64,000 bases of DNA from Tubulanus polymorphus (Eukaryota > Animalia > Nemertea): contig NW_027437430.1 of the NCBI RefSeq assembly GCF_964204645.1, forward strand, positions 62,001 through 126,000, read 5' to 3'. The notes under the pieces are model-generated. The model saw nothing but the letters and a program-made list of their open reading frames with translations. It ran no database searches and was not told the origin of the DNA. The translations under genes were made by a program, and so were the position numbers. The number at the start of each line of letters is the position of its first letter. Position 1 is the first letter of the stretch. Positions 21,201-35,199 of the stretch are shown here, piece by piece.

Positions 21201-24200
21201 TGACGAACAGTTTTACGAGGCGTTATTGCTTCAGTTGTAAATGAGATATTCGAGTGGAAGTCATCAAAATGTGATACACACACACAGGTCAAACTCCTGA
21301 CAATACAGGCTGTCTTTTAATGTCAGTAATCTCAGAATTGCGAAAAGTGTATACACTAGAATGTTCGACTTTTGATTTTGGTGAGAAACTAAGAATTCTG
21401 AATATAAGATCAGAACAATTCCGATAACACTTAATGCAGGTTAAGACACGGCTAATAATCATAAGCAACAGTATCGGATCGACAAGGCTTTAGATGATGA
21501 ATTAAGGCGGAATACGAATCATCGACAAGACAAGAGATGCGTGGGAGGAAGACGAGAAGCAATTACTGCAAACAATGAAATTCACATATCTGAGCCTCTC
21601 ACAAATTGATCTCAACTTCAGCGACCGATAAAACATTCAAACTCTCTGAGATTCGGAATCACGTCTTTGATCCCAAATCATTCAGCGACACAAAGTTTGC
21701 CGAGAAGGAGTGGTTCCTGTCTAGATTTTCTGTGAGCTCAACTACTGTATTTTTGCTTGGTTTACTAATCAAGAGAACAATTACAATCGAAATTTCATAA
21801 ATTGATAATTGTTAAAGTAACTACCGCACCTCTATTCGCACATGTGCAAGTACCATTGACATTTCTGTAATTGATTAAACTAGTTCTGTGTAAAACCATG
21901 CAGTCCGACCAGAAACCACCGGAGTTTTCATTACAATTCAAAACATTTCTTCAATTAAAGACAAAGAAATGATGAAATCCACATATACATATCTTTAGGC
22001 ATCGGTAGAATTAATAAGCATGTCAATTCGTCAATTCGTCAATTGCCCGATGACCCGTCTGGAATATGGTGAGAAATACTTGTAATGAAATTTACTCTAA
22101 TTGAGGGGAACATGCGTCAGAAATGATCTCGGTATAAAATCAATCAACAGGACTGGCGGTAATCATGGGTACAGTTGATTCATGCCTCCATGATTAACCA
22201 ACATGTGTGTGTATATACAGTCACCTAACAGTTATCTTTCTGATTCATACGACAAAATTCTGTGTCATTCTACAGAATGTGCGCACGACTGCAACTCTGA
22301 TGCTTCTGGGGGAAGTTAGTCGCATGAAAATACTTCCTGCGATTCTCAATATGATTCAGCCACTTGTGTAAGCTTACGATAGAGTGGTTCTACATCTATC
22401 TTCTGGCTAAAAGGATGTGATCATTCTACCAGAGAGCAACGGTAAAGATAGTCCGTGGGATGGCATTGCGAATATTTATCTTAGGTTCTCCATTGGGAAA
22501 CTATATAGTCAAATAAATCAATACCAGAATAACCCATTGATTGGGTATTTGTTTACAGAATACCTGTAATAATTTCTAGTCAGAGCACGCAATGCCAAGC
22601 AATATATAAAACACTGAAGAAACATAAAGCATGATGTCGATTTCTTGTTGCTTGGCAATAATGCCCCGGGTGTCCCGACCAGGCGCCGATGATGATATTT
22701 TTCCCAAAATGAAAAATTACACCAAGAATTTGTGTAGATATTGTGCTCTATGAATTAAGTGAGTCAATGAACTTGATACAAAGGCCTATATCACGCGAGT
22801 GCCGTACAATGATTTGCGACGAAACACATAAACCTCAAATTATTTTTCATGTAAGGAAATAATTGCATCAGTATTTCATAATTACTGCAAAATCAATACA
22901 GAGCAGGTCGCATTTTAGATGCCGGTACCACTCCTTTTAGTATTTTATCATTGGTTCTGCATGGTTTCATTTGCATTCGTAAATCGATGTTCTAGTACTA
23001 CATAGTCAATGCTCCGTATCAAATGCTAATAAACCCAGTCAGCTTTCATTGGTTGCATTTTCCTGTCAACTAAATAACGACGATAATGTGAAATAGTTTG
23101 AAGCTGCAGTGAGGAAACGCTCTGTCCGTGCTGTGACGATTAAAAACTCCACACCCTGAACATGACTAGTCGAAACGTTGAATAAACCATACTAGCTCAA
23201 GGAAACACTTCGAACTTTCTAAGTGTGGGATTTCTATTTGCTATTCGCGAGACCTACGAAACACTTAACAGCAACAAATAATTTTTTAACAATCCAAGAT
23301 TTGGTGATTGTGCCAACGTTGGTGATTGGCACTTTAAACGAACGCGTAATTCTAAAATAACAAAATGTCCATTAATATTTCAAATAGATACTTGTTCACT
23401 ATAGATTTCCTGATTTAACAACTGACGATCTCATAGCTCAGGAGATCTTTTTCTTCAAGCCCCTAAAGGGCCCCGAAAAGTATAATACGGAAGCACAATA
23501 ACGACATGATCATCGATTACGGTAACAAAGGCTGGGAGGTTTTCGGGAGGAGACTCTGCTAACTGGTACCTACAGATTCGTGATTTATGTAAAAAACATC
23601 ACAAAGTAGTCAACATTTTTATCATAATGTAAAGGCACAACTGAATTCAACTGAATTTGGCACAGTGTTCTCCCAAACAGAAAACTGATCAGGTAATATG
23701 AGATGAGAATATACGGTTTTCATACCTCCATCCAGTTTCTTTGTTGAAACTGAAAATACCATCAATGACATTGGCAACAAACTGACCACAAGCAATCATA
23801 GCTACATTACAGGACACCAGCCGACCTCTGATCTGCGGGGGTGCTGATTCTGCTATATAAATTGGCACAGTCATCGATGACAAACCTATAAAAAAACAAA
23901 CAAATACACATGTCACTATTACAATTTTACACCAACTCTCAATAGTCTCTACCACTAGCTGAGAATATTAACCCGAGTCGCGTCTGGCAAACAACATCTC
24001 CATCCAACACAACGCTGCATCTAAATTAAATGTCAGTCTGCATTAATAATATTGATTTGGGAAGATCAGGGCGATTTCAGAAATTTCCAGCTATTATAGG
24101 ATGAGATCGAAAAGACTGGCGTAATTTGCCGAAGATTTATGACCCGAATGCGATGAAAAGTCGAGATAATTGAGATGAACATTATATTCGAGGAGTATTA

Positions 24201-26868
24201 CTGTCTGGACAATTAATAAAGCACCACGAGGCGGATGCCACGGAAAATGGCAAGGATTAATACGTATAACATCACACAAGTCAGATTTAACGACTCTTGG
24301 AATGTGTTGGAATCTATGAAACCTCTAAACCTTCAAGAGCCAAATCAGAACGAGACCTCAAGGGACCATACAGCCTACATCCAATTCCATGGAACATGTT
24401 CAGAAATACCGATGAAAAATTGTAGATTCAGCGCATGCCCGGTAGTCTAGATTCTCGTGAAGGTGTCTTGGGTAACATGATGTATGATCTTTCTATCTGA
24501 ATGACACCAATAGCATGCTTACCGGCATCCTAGCAAACTATAGATATGATGATAAATGAACTAACATGGAATCAAGTGAAATGCACCGCCCGTGGTTAAT
24601 AAATGTAAAACACTTCTAGAAGACTAGAGAACTGAAAGCTGAAAAAACATCCGATCGATTGGAATATCATCAGTCTTTGTTTAGACGGGTATCAAGATGA
24701 TATTAGTAGCACAGATTTTATATTTCAGGTTCTTGAAGTATCTGGCTATATATGATGGATAGGGAACGTGGATAGGGATAAGTCGGTGGACAGACTGGCA
24801 GTCAAAATACATGCCGAAGGTAAATGATGTATATATATACATACATAGAACAAAGTAATTTGATTAATTAGTCCCCTCGGATATTTTATTATATCAGTAA
24901 ACGCAGAGCATGCATGATAACCTTCTCGAAGAAAACAGTTGAATAAGCTCTTTACTGCAGGGTATATATGATAGGAAAACTAATCCGCTCAATTCAATTT
25001 GACATTTTGAATAGAGACATTAGATATTGTCACTGACTTGAAGATCGTTTGCTGAGATTTGTGGTAATACGTCGCGAGAAAAAATTGGCTCGCATCGGAT
25101 ACGATCGTTACGGATTTAATGTTCACGAATGCATGAGAATTTCTCCACATGGATGGATCCGGATTGCCCGATCTCCCCTCAAACACGCGCAAAACCGATA
25201 TAAGTACCATCGTAACAAATAGCACTGCAGTAGATATCGAATGCGAAATATTCAGCCACAATTACTGCACTGTATGACCACCAGTGTAAATGTCTCATAT
25301 ACGACCATCTCTCTACAGATTGGTCAATATTTCATTATGGTACTTTGCTACATTTGTAAAATTGTTATTTTGTAAAAGAATAAAAAAGTGAGCTAATCGT
25401 GAAATCAAATGATATATGGTCGCTTATTCATTTTCATCGGGCTGGTGATATTTCTCCAAGTTTTGAGACAGAGGGAAAGCGGACAAAATAATCAGATAGA
25501 TCACATTTCCACCTGCTCTGCGGTATTCACCTTTCACAACATGGACATCAGCCTCCAAGAATCATTGATGAAACCGCCTACTCAAAAAGCTACGTGAAAA
25601 TAATTAGTTTTTTTTTGCAGAATTACTAAAATGCAAAGCCTAGGCCTAATCGGTACAAGTTCGTCGGCGAGAGCTCAACTGAAAGAGGATATTTCTGTGA
25701 ATGAAGTGGACGCGTAATCCAGACTAATCTAATGGCCGGTTTACGCTTTGGTTTCATGGATTTACAGTCGAACTCATATCGATTGGGAATCTGATTAAAT
25801 GCGCATTGATTTATTCACACAGAATGACGATTTGTCTAGCTAGAAGAGCGCAAACGTCTGGATTGTCTAAGACATCTGCCACAGCAATTTGGGAATGATC
25901 CCACTAGAGAAGTTGACTGACTGGAATCCAATAAGAATATCGCTGTCACTCGAACCTCGTTCAATTGTCATCTTATACCTCGAGAAAGCAACTAGCTATT
26001 TCCATGCAAATTGGCTAGATATATCTTGGATAATAAGCAGGCAAGCAGAATCTATGTTTACTGATCAACTTGACAAAAAATGACACATAGACCTAGACTC
26101 AAGATAACCCTGAAAGCAATAACACCCGCACCGAGAAAGTATTATTTCAATTTATCAATGCATTTCGATCATGATGAAATGAAATAAAACATACGTGGAA
26201 GACATAAAAGGCTAAAAAGAATTAGAATTCATTGATTACCGGTAAAAAATCCTACAAAAATGTAAGAAAGGTGAAAACACGCTCAACACGGCCTAATGAT
26301 GATTAAAAATGTTTACAATGATGAGGGTTAACAGACTCAAAATTAACTAAATATGTGATAATTCGAATTTCTGAATATATGGGTTAACAAAATAAAAGAC
26401 CCATTTCTATATCAATAACATACCAATAGCTGCTCCAATAATAATCCGACCAGCTAGAAGCAAATATCTATCCTTAGAAATTGACAAGCAAATGGCGCCG
26501 GCTGTGAATATTATGCTTGCCATCAAAATAACAGGTTTCCGGCCAATGCGATCGTTTAATAATCCTCCTAAAATAGCGAATACAGCGGCGGCTCCGATTG
26601 TCATACTGACTATCATTTCTTGCCAAACCGAATTTAAAACAAATTCATCCCTCAACAAGATAATAGCTCCTGATATAACGCCAGTATCGTAGCCGAAAAG
26701 AAATCCCCCGAGTCCAGAGAGGACTGTTAAAACGTAAACAAATGTTGGAGTTTTCGGATAGCGTTTTATTTGATCCATCTTGAATTGATAATCCTCGTCG
26801 TATTGTTGAGTGTGTTCATTATTAGCAGTCACAGGTGTGACAGGTTTTGTTTCGGAATTGGGCTGCAT
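12209..26868 (-). CDS. SLC2A13: Proton myo-inositol cotransporter HMIT/GLUT13 (MFS sugar porter)
   Basis: Exons ~26868-26424, 23885-23726, 18347-18136, 16346-16231, 14641-14477, 14169-14058, 13102-12860, 12780-12628, 12441-12209. Motifs [41 protein letters not shown], Cys-rich loop [40 protein letters not shown]-terminal IQYVHIRG. Confidence 0.95.
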
Positions 26869-26899
26869 GGTTTCGGATATGATAATGTTCTTATGATGT

Positions 26900-27240
26900 A
26901 TAGTGAAAAGTGTGTGATAGAAGCCACGAAGCTTGTGGCCGAATGAACACGCACACGTGCTCGCCGGCGAATCGCGCCAAAATATTGTGATACTCCTGAG
27001 CCAATCAGAGACGATTAAATATCTACGTCATCAAGATTCATGATGAACCATATTAAATTCAATGCATTTTTACTTCATTCACCATCATCGTCATAAAATT
27101 AACAATATTCAGTTAGGGCCTACAACAGATAACTTTAAAGATAGGAAATAAAGTGTATAGTTAATGTACAGCAAAAAACATAGAATAGAAATGACAAGAT
27201 AGAACCTTATTAAACATAGATGGCGCCACCAGACGCATTA
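26900..27240. promoter_or_regulatory. Bidirectional promoter SLC2A13 / ZZ-EF gene
   Basis: CACGTG ~26954, E2F-like TCGCGCCAAAA ~26972, GCCAATCAG at 27000, CRE-like TACGTCA ~27024, CTCF-like CATAGATGGCGCCAC at 27215. Confidence 0.55.
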
Positions 27241-27501
27241 TGTATTGAATTGAATGAGTATCTCGGCAAAAAATATATAAAAAGTGTCTTAATTCCATAT
27301 TCATGGATCATTTATAGTATGTATATATGTAGTCGTCTCTCCTCTTACTAAATTACAATTTCCGAATGAATGCAGACAGTTATTTATATATGAATTAATT
27401 TAAAAAGGGAAAGGAAGAAAGACTGATGATGATGAAAATTTGTTATCAATTCAATCAAACCAAATCCCATTTAACCTGTAACCCACTTGACTTGGTTTCA
27501 G

Positions 27502-29776
27502 ATGCCGAATCGCAAAGAAATACTGAGTTTTGTGCTCGGAGCGTCAATTGGGGCTGCTACTACATTCCTTGTTTACAAAGCTTTAAAGATCAGGAGCAAA
27601 CAAAATAAAACTGATCATAAGCAGCAAAATTCACCAGGTAAATTAGACATTAGTGGATGTGGCTGCAGTGTAGTCAAGCCAGCAGTGATCGCTCAGTTAT
27701 ATGTAATGTAATGGATTTAACAAAAATTTATTTCAGAAAACACAGCATCACCTCGAATTCAAGTAGCAATACCTGATTTAGCATTGCGTCGCTCGCAATC
27801 TCGTGAAGATCCTCCACGACGTTTCCATAGATTAGTGTCATCCGGTAACAGTGGATATATTGATACCTCCAGTATTATAGTCGACGATGGCAAGAATATC
27901 GACACTCAGAGCATGATGAATTTGTTGTTTTGTATCGCAGAAAATCAAGCTAAAAGAAGTAAGCATCAGTGAATGAGTCCTCCACTATATCTAACCACGG
28001 TGTAGGGGACCGTAATAACGTCTGGTATTCAGACTAAAGCCATACTCCTGAGTGGGGTGACGCGTAAGATCATCTGATATTCAGACTAAAGTCTTCCTCA
28101 AGATTGCCTCATTAGTATCTGTGTAGTAATTTGCTAATTGATAAATTTTTCAGTGGGACTAATGCATCGTGGAATTACTTGCAATATTTGCCATCAAACA
28201 CCTCTCTGTGGAATCAGATACAAGGTAAATGTATGGATAATGAATATCCATGTTACACCTGAAGAATGTTTGAATATTTCTGTCGGATGTTTGTTTTCAG
28301 TGTGCTAACTGCTCAGATTATGACGTATGCGATAAATGTGAACCTAAGGATGAGCACAACAGTACACATGTATTCTTAAAGATTAATACTCCTCTTCCAC
28401 CACTCGCTAGTCCACGTATTGGTTTGTCTAAAACTTTATATCCAGGTACGGTAATAGGCCTCTCGAGTAACAAATTCTTAAGCTGTATATGTGCCATGTT
28501 TAATTAGATGTCTATTTGATTCGTTTATAGGTAAAATAAATAATCATATTTCCTTATCTATTGATGATACACTTCGATTGATAAAGGAAACTAATTGTAA
28601 GTTTCAGTTTCAATCTTTCAAAGGAATTTCTAGATTTCTGCAAATATTAATGCATGTCTCTGATGTTTTACAGATGATCAGTTTGAATTAGAGGCTTTAC
28701 ATCAGGAATATCGGTCCTTAACACAAAATTCCCGCGGTATTTCTCGCGAAGTATTCAATTACTGTTTAGGGCCTCTTGCATTAGAAAGTAATCTTCTGTT
28801 AGAACAGTTATTTAAGGTATAGTGATAATAATTTCTCGGATTAATTTAAACATTTGTTTAATAGGGTGGGAGAAATAATGTTTTATTTCATGTATCGTTT
28901 CAGTTTTATGACAGAAACAATGACAGATTTATCGATTTTGAGGAAATGGTAAAAGGACTGTCAATCTTATGTAAAGGAACGATACAAGACAAACTACCTT
29001 GTAAGTTTAGGAGTGAGCCTAGTAATCTTAAACCTGTGGTCTATTCTTACATAAAACTTTTTCTATTTTTAGATGCATTTGCAGCCTATGATATTGAAAA
29101 CAAAAAGTCCATAAGTCGTGACAACATGCAACGTATGTTTAGGGCTTACTATGATATCACTATTGAATTAGTACGTGATGTAGTGACAGCCTGTGAGGAA
29201 GAAATGGTACATGATTTACTAAGAAATCATATCAACCAAATATCAAATTAACTTGCTTAATATCAGCTTATGTTTGACATGTATTATTTAAGATGGCAAA
29301 CTTCGATGACAGTTCTGGTCGACCAGTCTCTTCCATATTTAGCGCTCCTATACCTCAAGATAACTTCAACCCTGCCATAAAAGTGACTGTTCCAGATAAT
29401 CCCGGAGGGAGGTAAGAAAATATCAAAATCCTATCTGCGTTTAGCCACGGACAATGTTTTACTGAATTTTGAATTAGGGTTTTCCAAAACTAAAAATGTT
29501 ACGTATTATGTTGAAGGGAGAATACTTTGCCTGTTTTGGAAGCCATGTCACAAGATGCTATCAAAGAAATGGTGGACCATACATTCAGTATTGCTCAGTT
29601 GAAAGACCATGATAGGTACCGTATATAAACATTGTCTCAATGGCTGTAGACTTAAAAACAATAACTGATTGTTGGGTTTTATATATTTCAGAATGTCTTA
29701 TGAGAAATTCGTTGAAGTGACTACAATTGATAACTCTCTGGTTGTATGGTTTGATGCTCTAGGTTCAGTATTCTAA
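27502..29776 (+). CDS. Uncharacterised protein: N-terminal TM segment + ZZ-type zinc finger + NCS/recoverin-like EF-hands
   Basis: Exons ~27502-27637, 27737-27958, 28154-28223, 28301-28445, 28531-28597, 28674-28816, 28904-29000, 29073-29206, 29293-29411, 29517-29615, 29693-29776. HRGITCNICHQTPLCGIRYKCANCSDYDVCDKCE...HVFLKI is a ZZ finger; FYDRNNDRFIDFEEMVKGLS and AFAAYDIENKKSISRDNM are EF-hand loops; ends WFDALGSVF*. Confidence 0.85.
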
Positions 29777-31147
29777 TTGAGGAGGAAATGTTTTATATAT
29801 GGTGCTACTGCGTTTTAAACAATGATGAGGTATTTTTACACCGCTGGGCTGAAATAACTGTCTGAAAATAAGTCATATTATACAATCAAACTTGTCTACC
29901 AGTAGTAGATTACTTACTACAAAAATTGTGTGCTAATATAGATTGTCTTCTAAAAAACCGTTGTTTATTTTCTGTGAAAATTGTAGTAAATAGAATGATG
30001 ATTTATTCGTAATCTTTGAACTGTTGAGTAAATTGCTTCATGGAAGTGACTTACAATAGAGGTTCTCTAAGTATTGGAATATGAGAAAATGATGACAAGA
30101 CGATTGATGTAAAGTGTACACATTAATGAATTTTACATTCATTTATTGACATAAATTAAGATAAAACAATACATGCCGATACATTAAATATACTGTATAT
30201 AACATTCAATTTACCCCTGATATGTATCATTATTTATTAACAACATTTACAGTAGTTTAAAACATACAAAATCATATACTGTCATATTTATGTTTATATT
30301 TTCAATACATCTTTGGTGGACAGCAGTAACGTACTGGAAGATATATTTCATCACAATTAAGTAGGGCAAGCGTACTGATTCAGTGTACATGAAATGTAAT
30401 AAATTAAGTAATTTTTAAAGTATAATATATAACGTATATATTTTCATAAAATCGAGTTATATTTATCAGTTCACTTTATCGTTACATTCTGCGGAAATAT
30501 TGCTCATTCACATTCTTTTATGGGCTGAAGAATCCTCCGTCTAGTTTGCGCGAATATCCACCATTTGTTGCAGCACTGTGGTGGCTCGCTGTGAAAAGTT
30601 AGCATAAATAAATATATAAGCATAGAAAGATGAGCTATTGTAGGTGTGGGTAAAAAAACGACAGTCAATGCCAATGTTATAATGCCATCCTTTAAAATGC
30701 CACTGCTAAAACGTTTTTCAGAGAAATTTGCCAAATCTACGGTAACTCTAATTCAACGGAAATACCATTCTTCATGACTGACAAAACTCCAGGTTTTATA
30801 TTAGTCCCAACAGTGGCATTATAAAGAATTATTTACTGTACATGCATCCCCTCATCTTCGTATTAAACTCAGTGATTTTTTATGGTCCCATGCATGGAGA
30901 CTGTTATGTATCTAGGCTATGTTCGAACTTCTGTCCTGTTCGAGTATTATTAAGGAATTTAGCATGGCCAAATGTTCGAAATTAATCTATCTAGAATCAA
31001 AGATTTCTTCTGGTTATGTACACTAGAAGTAGAAGATCGTTGAAAGCATGATAGGAAAATCAATTTAAAAAGGCAGTAGAAGGTATAGGGCATAGAGGGG
31101 GATAGCAAGGGAATATCAGTATAATTACAAGCGAAAATGCTGCCATG

Positions 31148-31985
31148 CTAAGCAGTGAATAAACCACCATCTGGCTTTCGCGAGTATCCTTTGTTCGTAA
31201 TTTGTGAATGGTGGCCCTCTAGAAAAGAACGCCAACACTTCTTAATGAAATATGTAAGATGAAGATGATTGAATTACTAAAACTCTAACGATGGGTGAAA
31301 AAAGTGAACTTACGAATAGCATTGTGAATGTTATCGATGCTCTCTTTCTTCGGTGATATATAAACTCTTTCAGGACTCTCAGCCTGTGAAGGAGCTTCTA
31401 CTTGTACGCCTATTCTGTTCTTGAGAATTCGTCTTGAAAAGAAATACGGCATAGATTTGAGTAAATACTTGCCACATAAATGAACGGTGTGATAATGTTT
31501 CTCGCTTACCCGTGTTGTAATCCTAGCGTCTCCGGTTGAAGTAGCGTTTCATTTGATGCTTTTAGAAATTCACGATGATGATCATACTGAGCTTTCAATA
31601 CAAAGTCTAGACTGTCATTTGGAGCCTGAGGGTCGTAATAACAGACTTCTCTTCTCGCGCTGGAAAGAGTACAGCGACTATTCAGTCTATACCATGGATC
31701 CTGTTTCTGAGCTATATGCACCGGCGTTGAATAAGCCTCATGCTGAAAGAACATTTTCAAATGACAATCAGTAGATAAATACAATAGCCCAAATAACATT
31801 CACGTCAAGTTTCTTTCATGTAGTAGGCCTTTTCAATTGTTTGTTTCTTAAAAATGTAGTGTTGAAAATTTCCAATTGCCAAATGTTCAATGTTCAAGAC
31901 TTACCTTCTGAGATATCATTCCTGTAAAGTCACTATCATTTTGAAGCTGAGGAAAAGGATATGGATCTCTCGTCGACACGTCCAT
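31148..31985 (-). CDS. CFAP276: Cilia- and flagella-associated protein 276 (C1orf194), axonemal microtubule inner protein
   Basis: Exons ~31985-31905 (MDVSTRDPYPFPQLQND), 31742-31511 (HIAQKQDPWYRLNS...YYDPQAPNDSLDFVLKAQYDHH), ~31433-31314 (SPKKESIDNIHNAI), ~31218-31148 (GHHSQITNKGYSRKPDGGLFTA*), matching recalled C1orf194 motifs. Confidence 0.88.
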
Positions 31986-32039
31986 GTTTCTGAATTGTTT
32001 CGAACGAAAGTGATGACAATCAAATCTCTCCAAGATTGA

Positions 32040-32110
32040 AGTGTTGTTGTGTCAAACAAACACTTCCGGGTTTAGTAACATTGTTTAGGATATCCATGGA
32101 AACGATGCAC
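32040..32110. promoter_or_regulatory. Bidirectional promoter CFAP276/ZNF with forkhead, ETS and RFX X-box-like motifs
   Basis: CAAACAAACA at 32053-32062, ACTTCCGGGT at 32062, GTTTAGTAAC at 32070, TATCCATGGAAAC at 32091-32103. Confidence 0.55.
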
Positions 32111-32512
32111 CCTTGGTGTTCGAACTTCAGACCTGGTGATATTCACGGAGCCATCCCTTGTATGGCAGTTCAAGTTCAGGGTAGTAGTGACTAGATCGTA
32201 AGCTGTGGAACCATTTAAATATTCAATGAAATAAATTATGTTTCAAATAGATTTTGTAAATAGTAAGTGACTACTGTATGAATTTCGGCAGTTATGTTGC
32301 TCTAATATGTGAATCATTATTATTGTTGTAAGTGAACCGAATGACCTGTAGTTCTTTAACGTAGTTGTTTAAGACATATTTAAACCAGTAATGATTTTTA
32401 ACCAAGATCAATTTCAATTCAAAGATATTCCGACTATTATATTATATTTATTCAGAAAGATTGTGATAATTGAGTTTTTTTACAGAGTTCTATCGGCGTA
32501 AATGACAACAAA

Positions 32513-35199
32513 ATGAATGTTGATGAAGATCTCAACTTGGATGACTTCACAGATGTCGTCACGTTATTCAAGTGCAAATTCTGTCAATATACCGATAGCT
32601 CGAAGAGAGGTATAGCAACGCATATAAAGAGCACTCATCTAGTTGATAGAGCTGCGGTTCAAACTGGAAAATCAGAGGTGGCTGTTACCGGTATACAGGT
32701 AGATGTCGACCAGTCAACTGAAAATAGTAGGGAACATTCATCTAGTATCAATGGTGAAAAGGTTTCTTCTGACCTCGTAATTCAAACCGCCGCTCAAGAT
32801 GTACAGCCAGATGTGAATAATGATCCTGCCAGTGCTGTTTGTGTTGTAAATAGTGATCCCGATCTTATTGAGTTGAATAATTCCACCAGTGCGGTTAATA
32901 CTTCATGGGATACAGTCGAACAGGCAGCAGTAGCGGCTTTAGAAGGATATCTGAATGCTACTCATTCAAACACTACAGATAATGGTCTGATCTCTCCCGA
33001 TGATAAAGGCTCGAGCGTCAACTCGAATGTTAGCGATCTCGAGCGACGGCGAATTCAAAATACGAGTGAATCAATTTCTTCAGAGCATGCAGTCGTTACC
33101 GAAGAACTGACTTTTCAGAATTTAGAAGTAAGTCATCCTCAACATATCGTAATAAGTGATAGTCTCGCCGATCCGACGAATAATCAGGTTACGAATACTG
33201 ATAGTAGTTTAGACGGTAGTGCTGCTGCTACGAAAGAACTTTATTTGTGTGGTCAGTGTAATGATGTATTCTCGTCTATAGACGAATGTAAACAGCACAT
33301 GATTGACGATCATGAGCTCGTATTAAGCGATGATGTTTGTCTAACTCCGAAAGTAAACGCCACTGGTAAAATGATGGTTGACGCTTCCATTCAGACGCAA
33401 ACGAAAAAAGCGGGGCGTAAACGCAAAACGGCGGCGGTCGAATGTGCTGAAACGGAAGAGACTCAGTTCCTCGATAGCGATAACGAGTTTAATGACGACA
33501 AGATGGCCAACGACGAACCACCGGAGGGCAGCGTCGCTCGTAAGAAACGTAAAATCAAAACTCCGCACGCGCTGAAAGCAGATTATCAATTCAGTCGAAG
33601 CATGTTACGAATCGCGAGACGAACGAATACCGAACGATTTCGAAAAAATCGCGAAGTTTTATCAAAATATACAATTGCGTGTAACATCGGCAAATGCAGC
33701 GCTAAATTTTTCCTCGACGAAAGCCTGAAAATGCACAGAGCTTGTCACATCGAGGCGTCCAATGATTTTCGGTGCCATGTTTGCGATGACGAGACGTTTA
33801 AAACGTGGAAAACCTGTCAAATTCATCTGTATCGAAAACACAACATCGACACCGATCTGTTTACATGTACCGAGTGCGAATATAAGTGTAATACATTGTC
33901 GAAACTACTAACGCATATAGAAATACATGGAGACGCTCGAAATTATCAGTGCCACGTTTGCGGTTATCAGTTTAAACAATTAGCCGGATTACGAGTGCAT
34001 CATTCCAAAGAGCATTCACTGAATGATGTCGATGTCGCTGACATTCCGGTAGTCTCCACCGATGCAAAATCACCCGCGGCGAAACAGTGCTCTATTTGTC
34101 AACGAACTTTCGTCAACCGTCAATGTTTGAGTAAACACATGCAAGAGGTGCATAAAACGAACAAACTGTTTTCGTGTGAATTATGTGATTATACGTGTAG
34201 CCGCAAACCGATGCTTAGACTCCACATGCGTACACATACCGGTGAAAAACCACACAAGTTAGTATCTAAAATTTAACAATGTAATATTCTTTCTTTATTG
34301 AAGGTAGTAATGAATTGTATTGTTTTGTCTTATAGGTGTGATCAGTGTACATTCGCATCGGCTGATCATAACTCATTACGTCGACATAAAATGCGTCACT
34401 CGGGAAAGCGTCCTTATGTTTGTCCGCACTGTCCGTATAGCTGCATACAGAGCGTATCGTTCAAAGGTCACATGTTAAGCAAACATCCCGGGCGCGAGGG
34501 TCTGTACGCTTGTCACCTGTGCAGTTTTCAGTCCGTGAAGAAAGAATCTCTCGATAATCATTTGAATGATCACAGCAACGGAATCGTTAAACAAGTTTCT
34601 CGGAAGACAACTCAGAAACGACAAGAAGAGAAACAGCAATCTATAATACATTTTCAGCAGGTTAGTTTTCATCTGTCGAGCGAAATGTTCTCAAGATTCA
34701 CGTACCGTATATTGTAAAACTGATCGTTTTTTATTTCCAGGGTCAGAACCCACCTTCGATCCCGGGATTATCAGATGCAGATGCAGCTCAACTGATTTAT
34801 TCTGCTTTAAATGTCATACAGGAAAAGGCAGCTCAAGGTGATGACACTGCGCAAAGTTTTACGTTACAAATTCCCTGTTCTGGAGGGGGCAACAGTCAGG
34901 AACAAACTGTTTATTTTGCTGTACATCCTACAGATGGGACAGATATAGCGACTGAGGACAATAATACTCGGATAATAAATGAGAACAATGCTGCAGAAAC
35001 GGCTTCAAACAAGAATAACGATTCGAGTGCCACGGCACTTCAACAATCTGAAAACATTTATGTGCAAAATGTTGAATCGTTATCTGAAGTGATAGCAGAA
35101 AGTGGTAAAAATGGAACTGTTCTAATAAAGGTAGAAGGGACGGGAAATAATCGGCAGCAGTTTCATATGATTGAATTACAAGAAGGGTCATCTGCCTAG
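32513..35199 (+). CDS. Multi-C2H2 zinc-finger transcription factor
   Basis: Exons 32513-34257, 34336-34660, 34741-35199. Dispersed and tandem CxxC...HxxxH fingers with HTGEKPH and HSGKRPY linkers; basic KKAGRKRK patch; AATAAA near 35255. Confidence 0.88.

Noticed and set aside
18400-23700. Nested gene in the large SLC2A13 intron (ORFs at 18856, 19707, 21606)
   Set aside because: Short ORFs with no recognisable domain or consistent splice chain.
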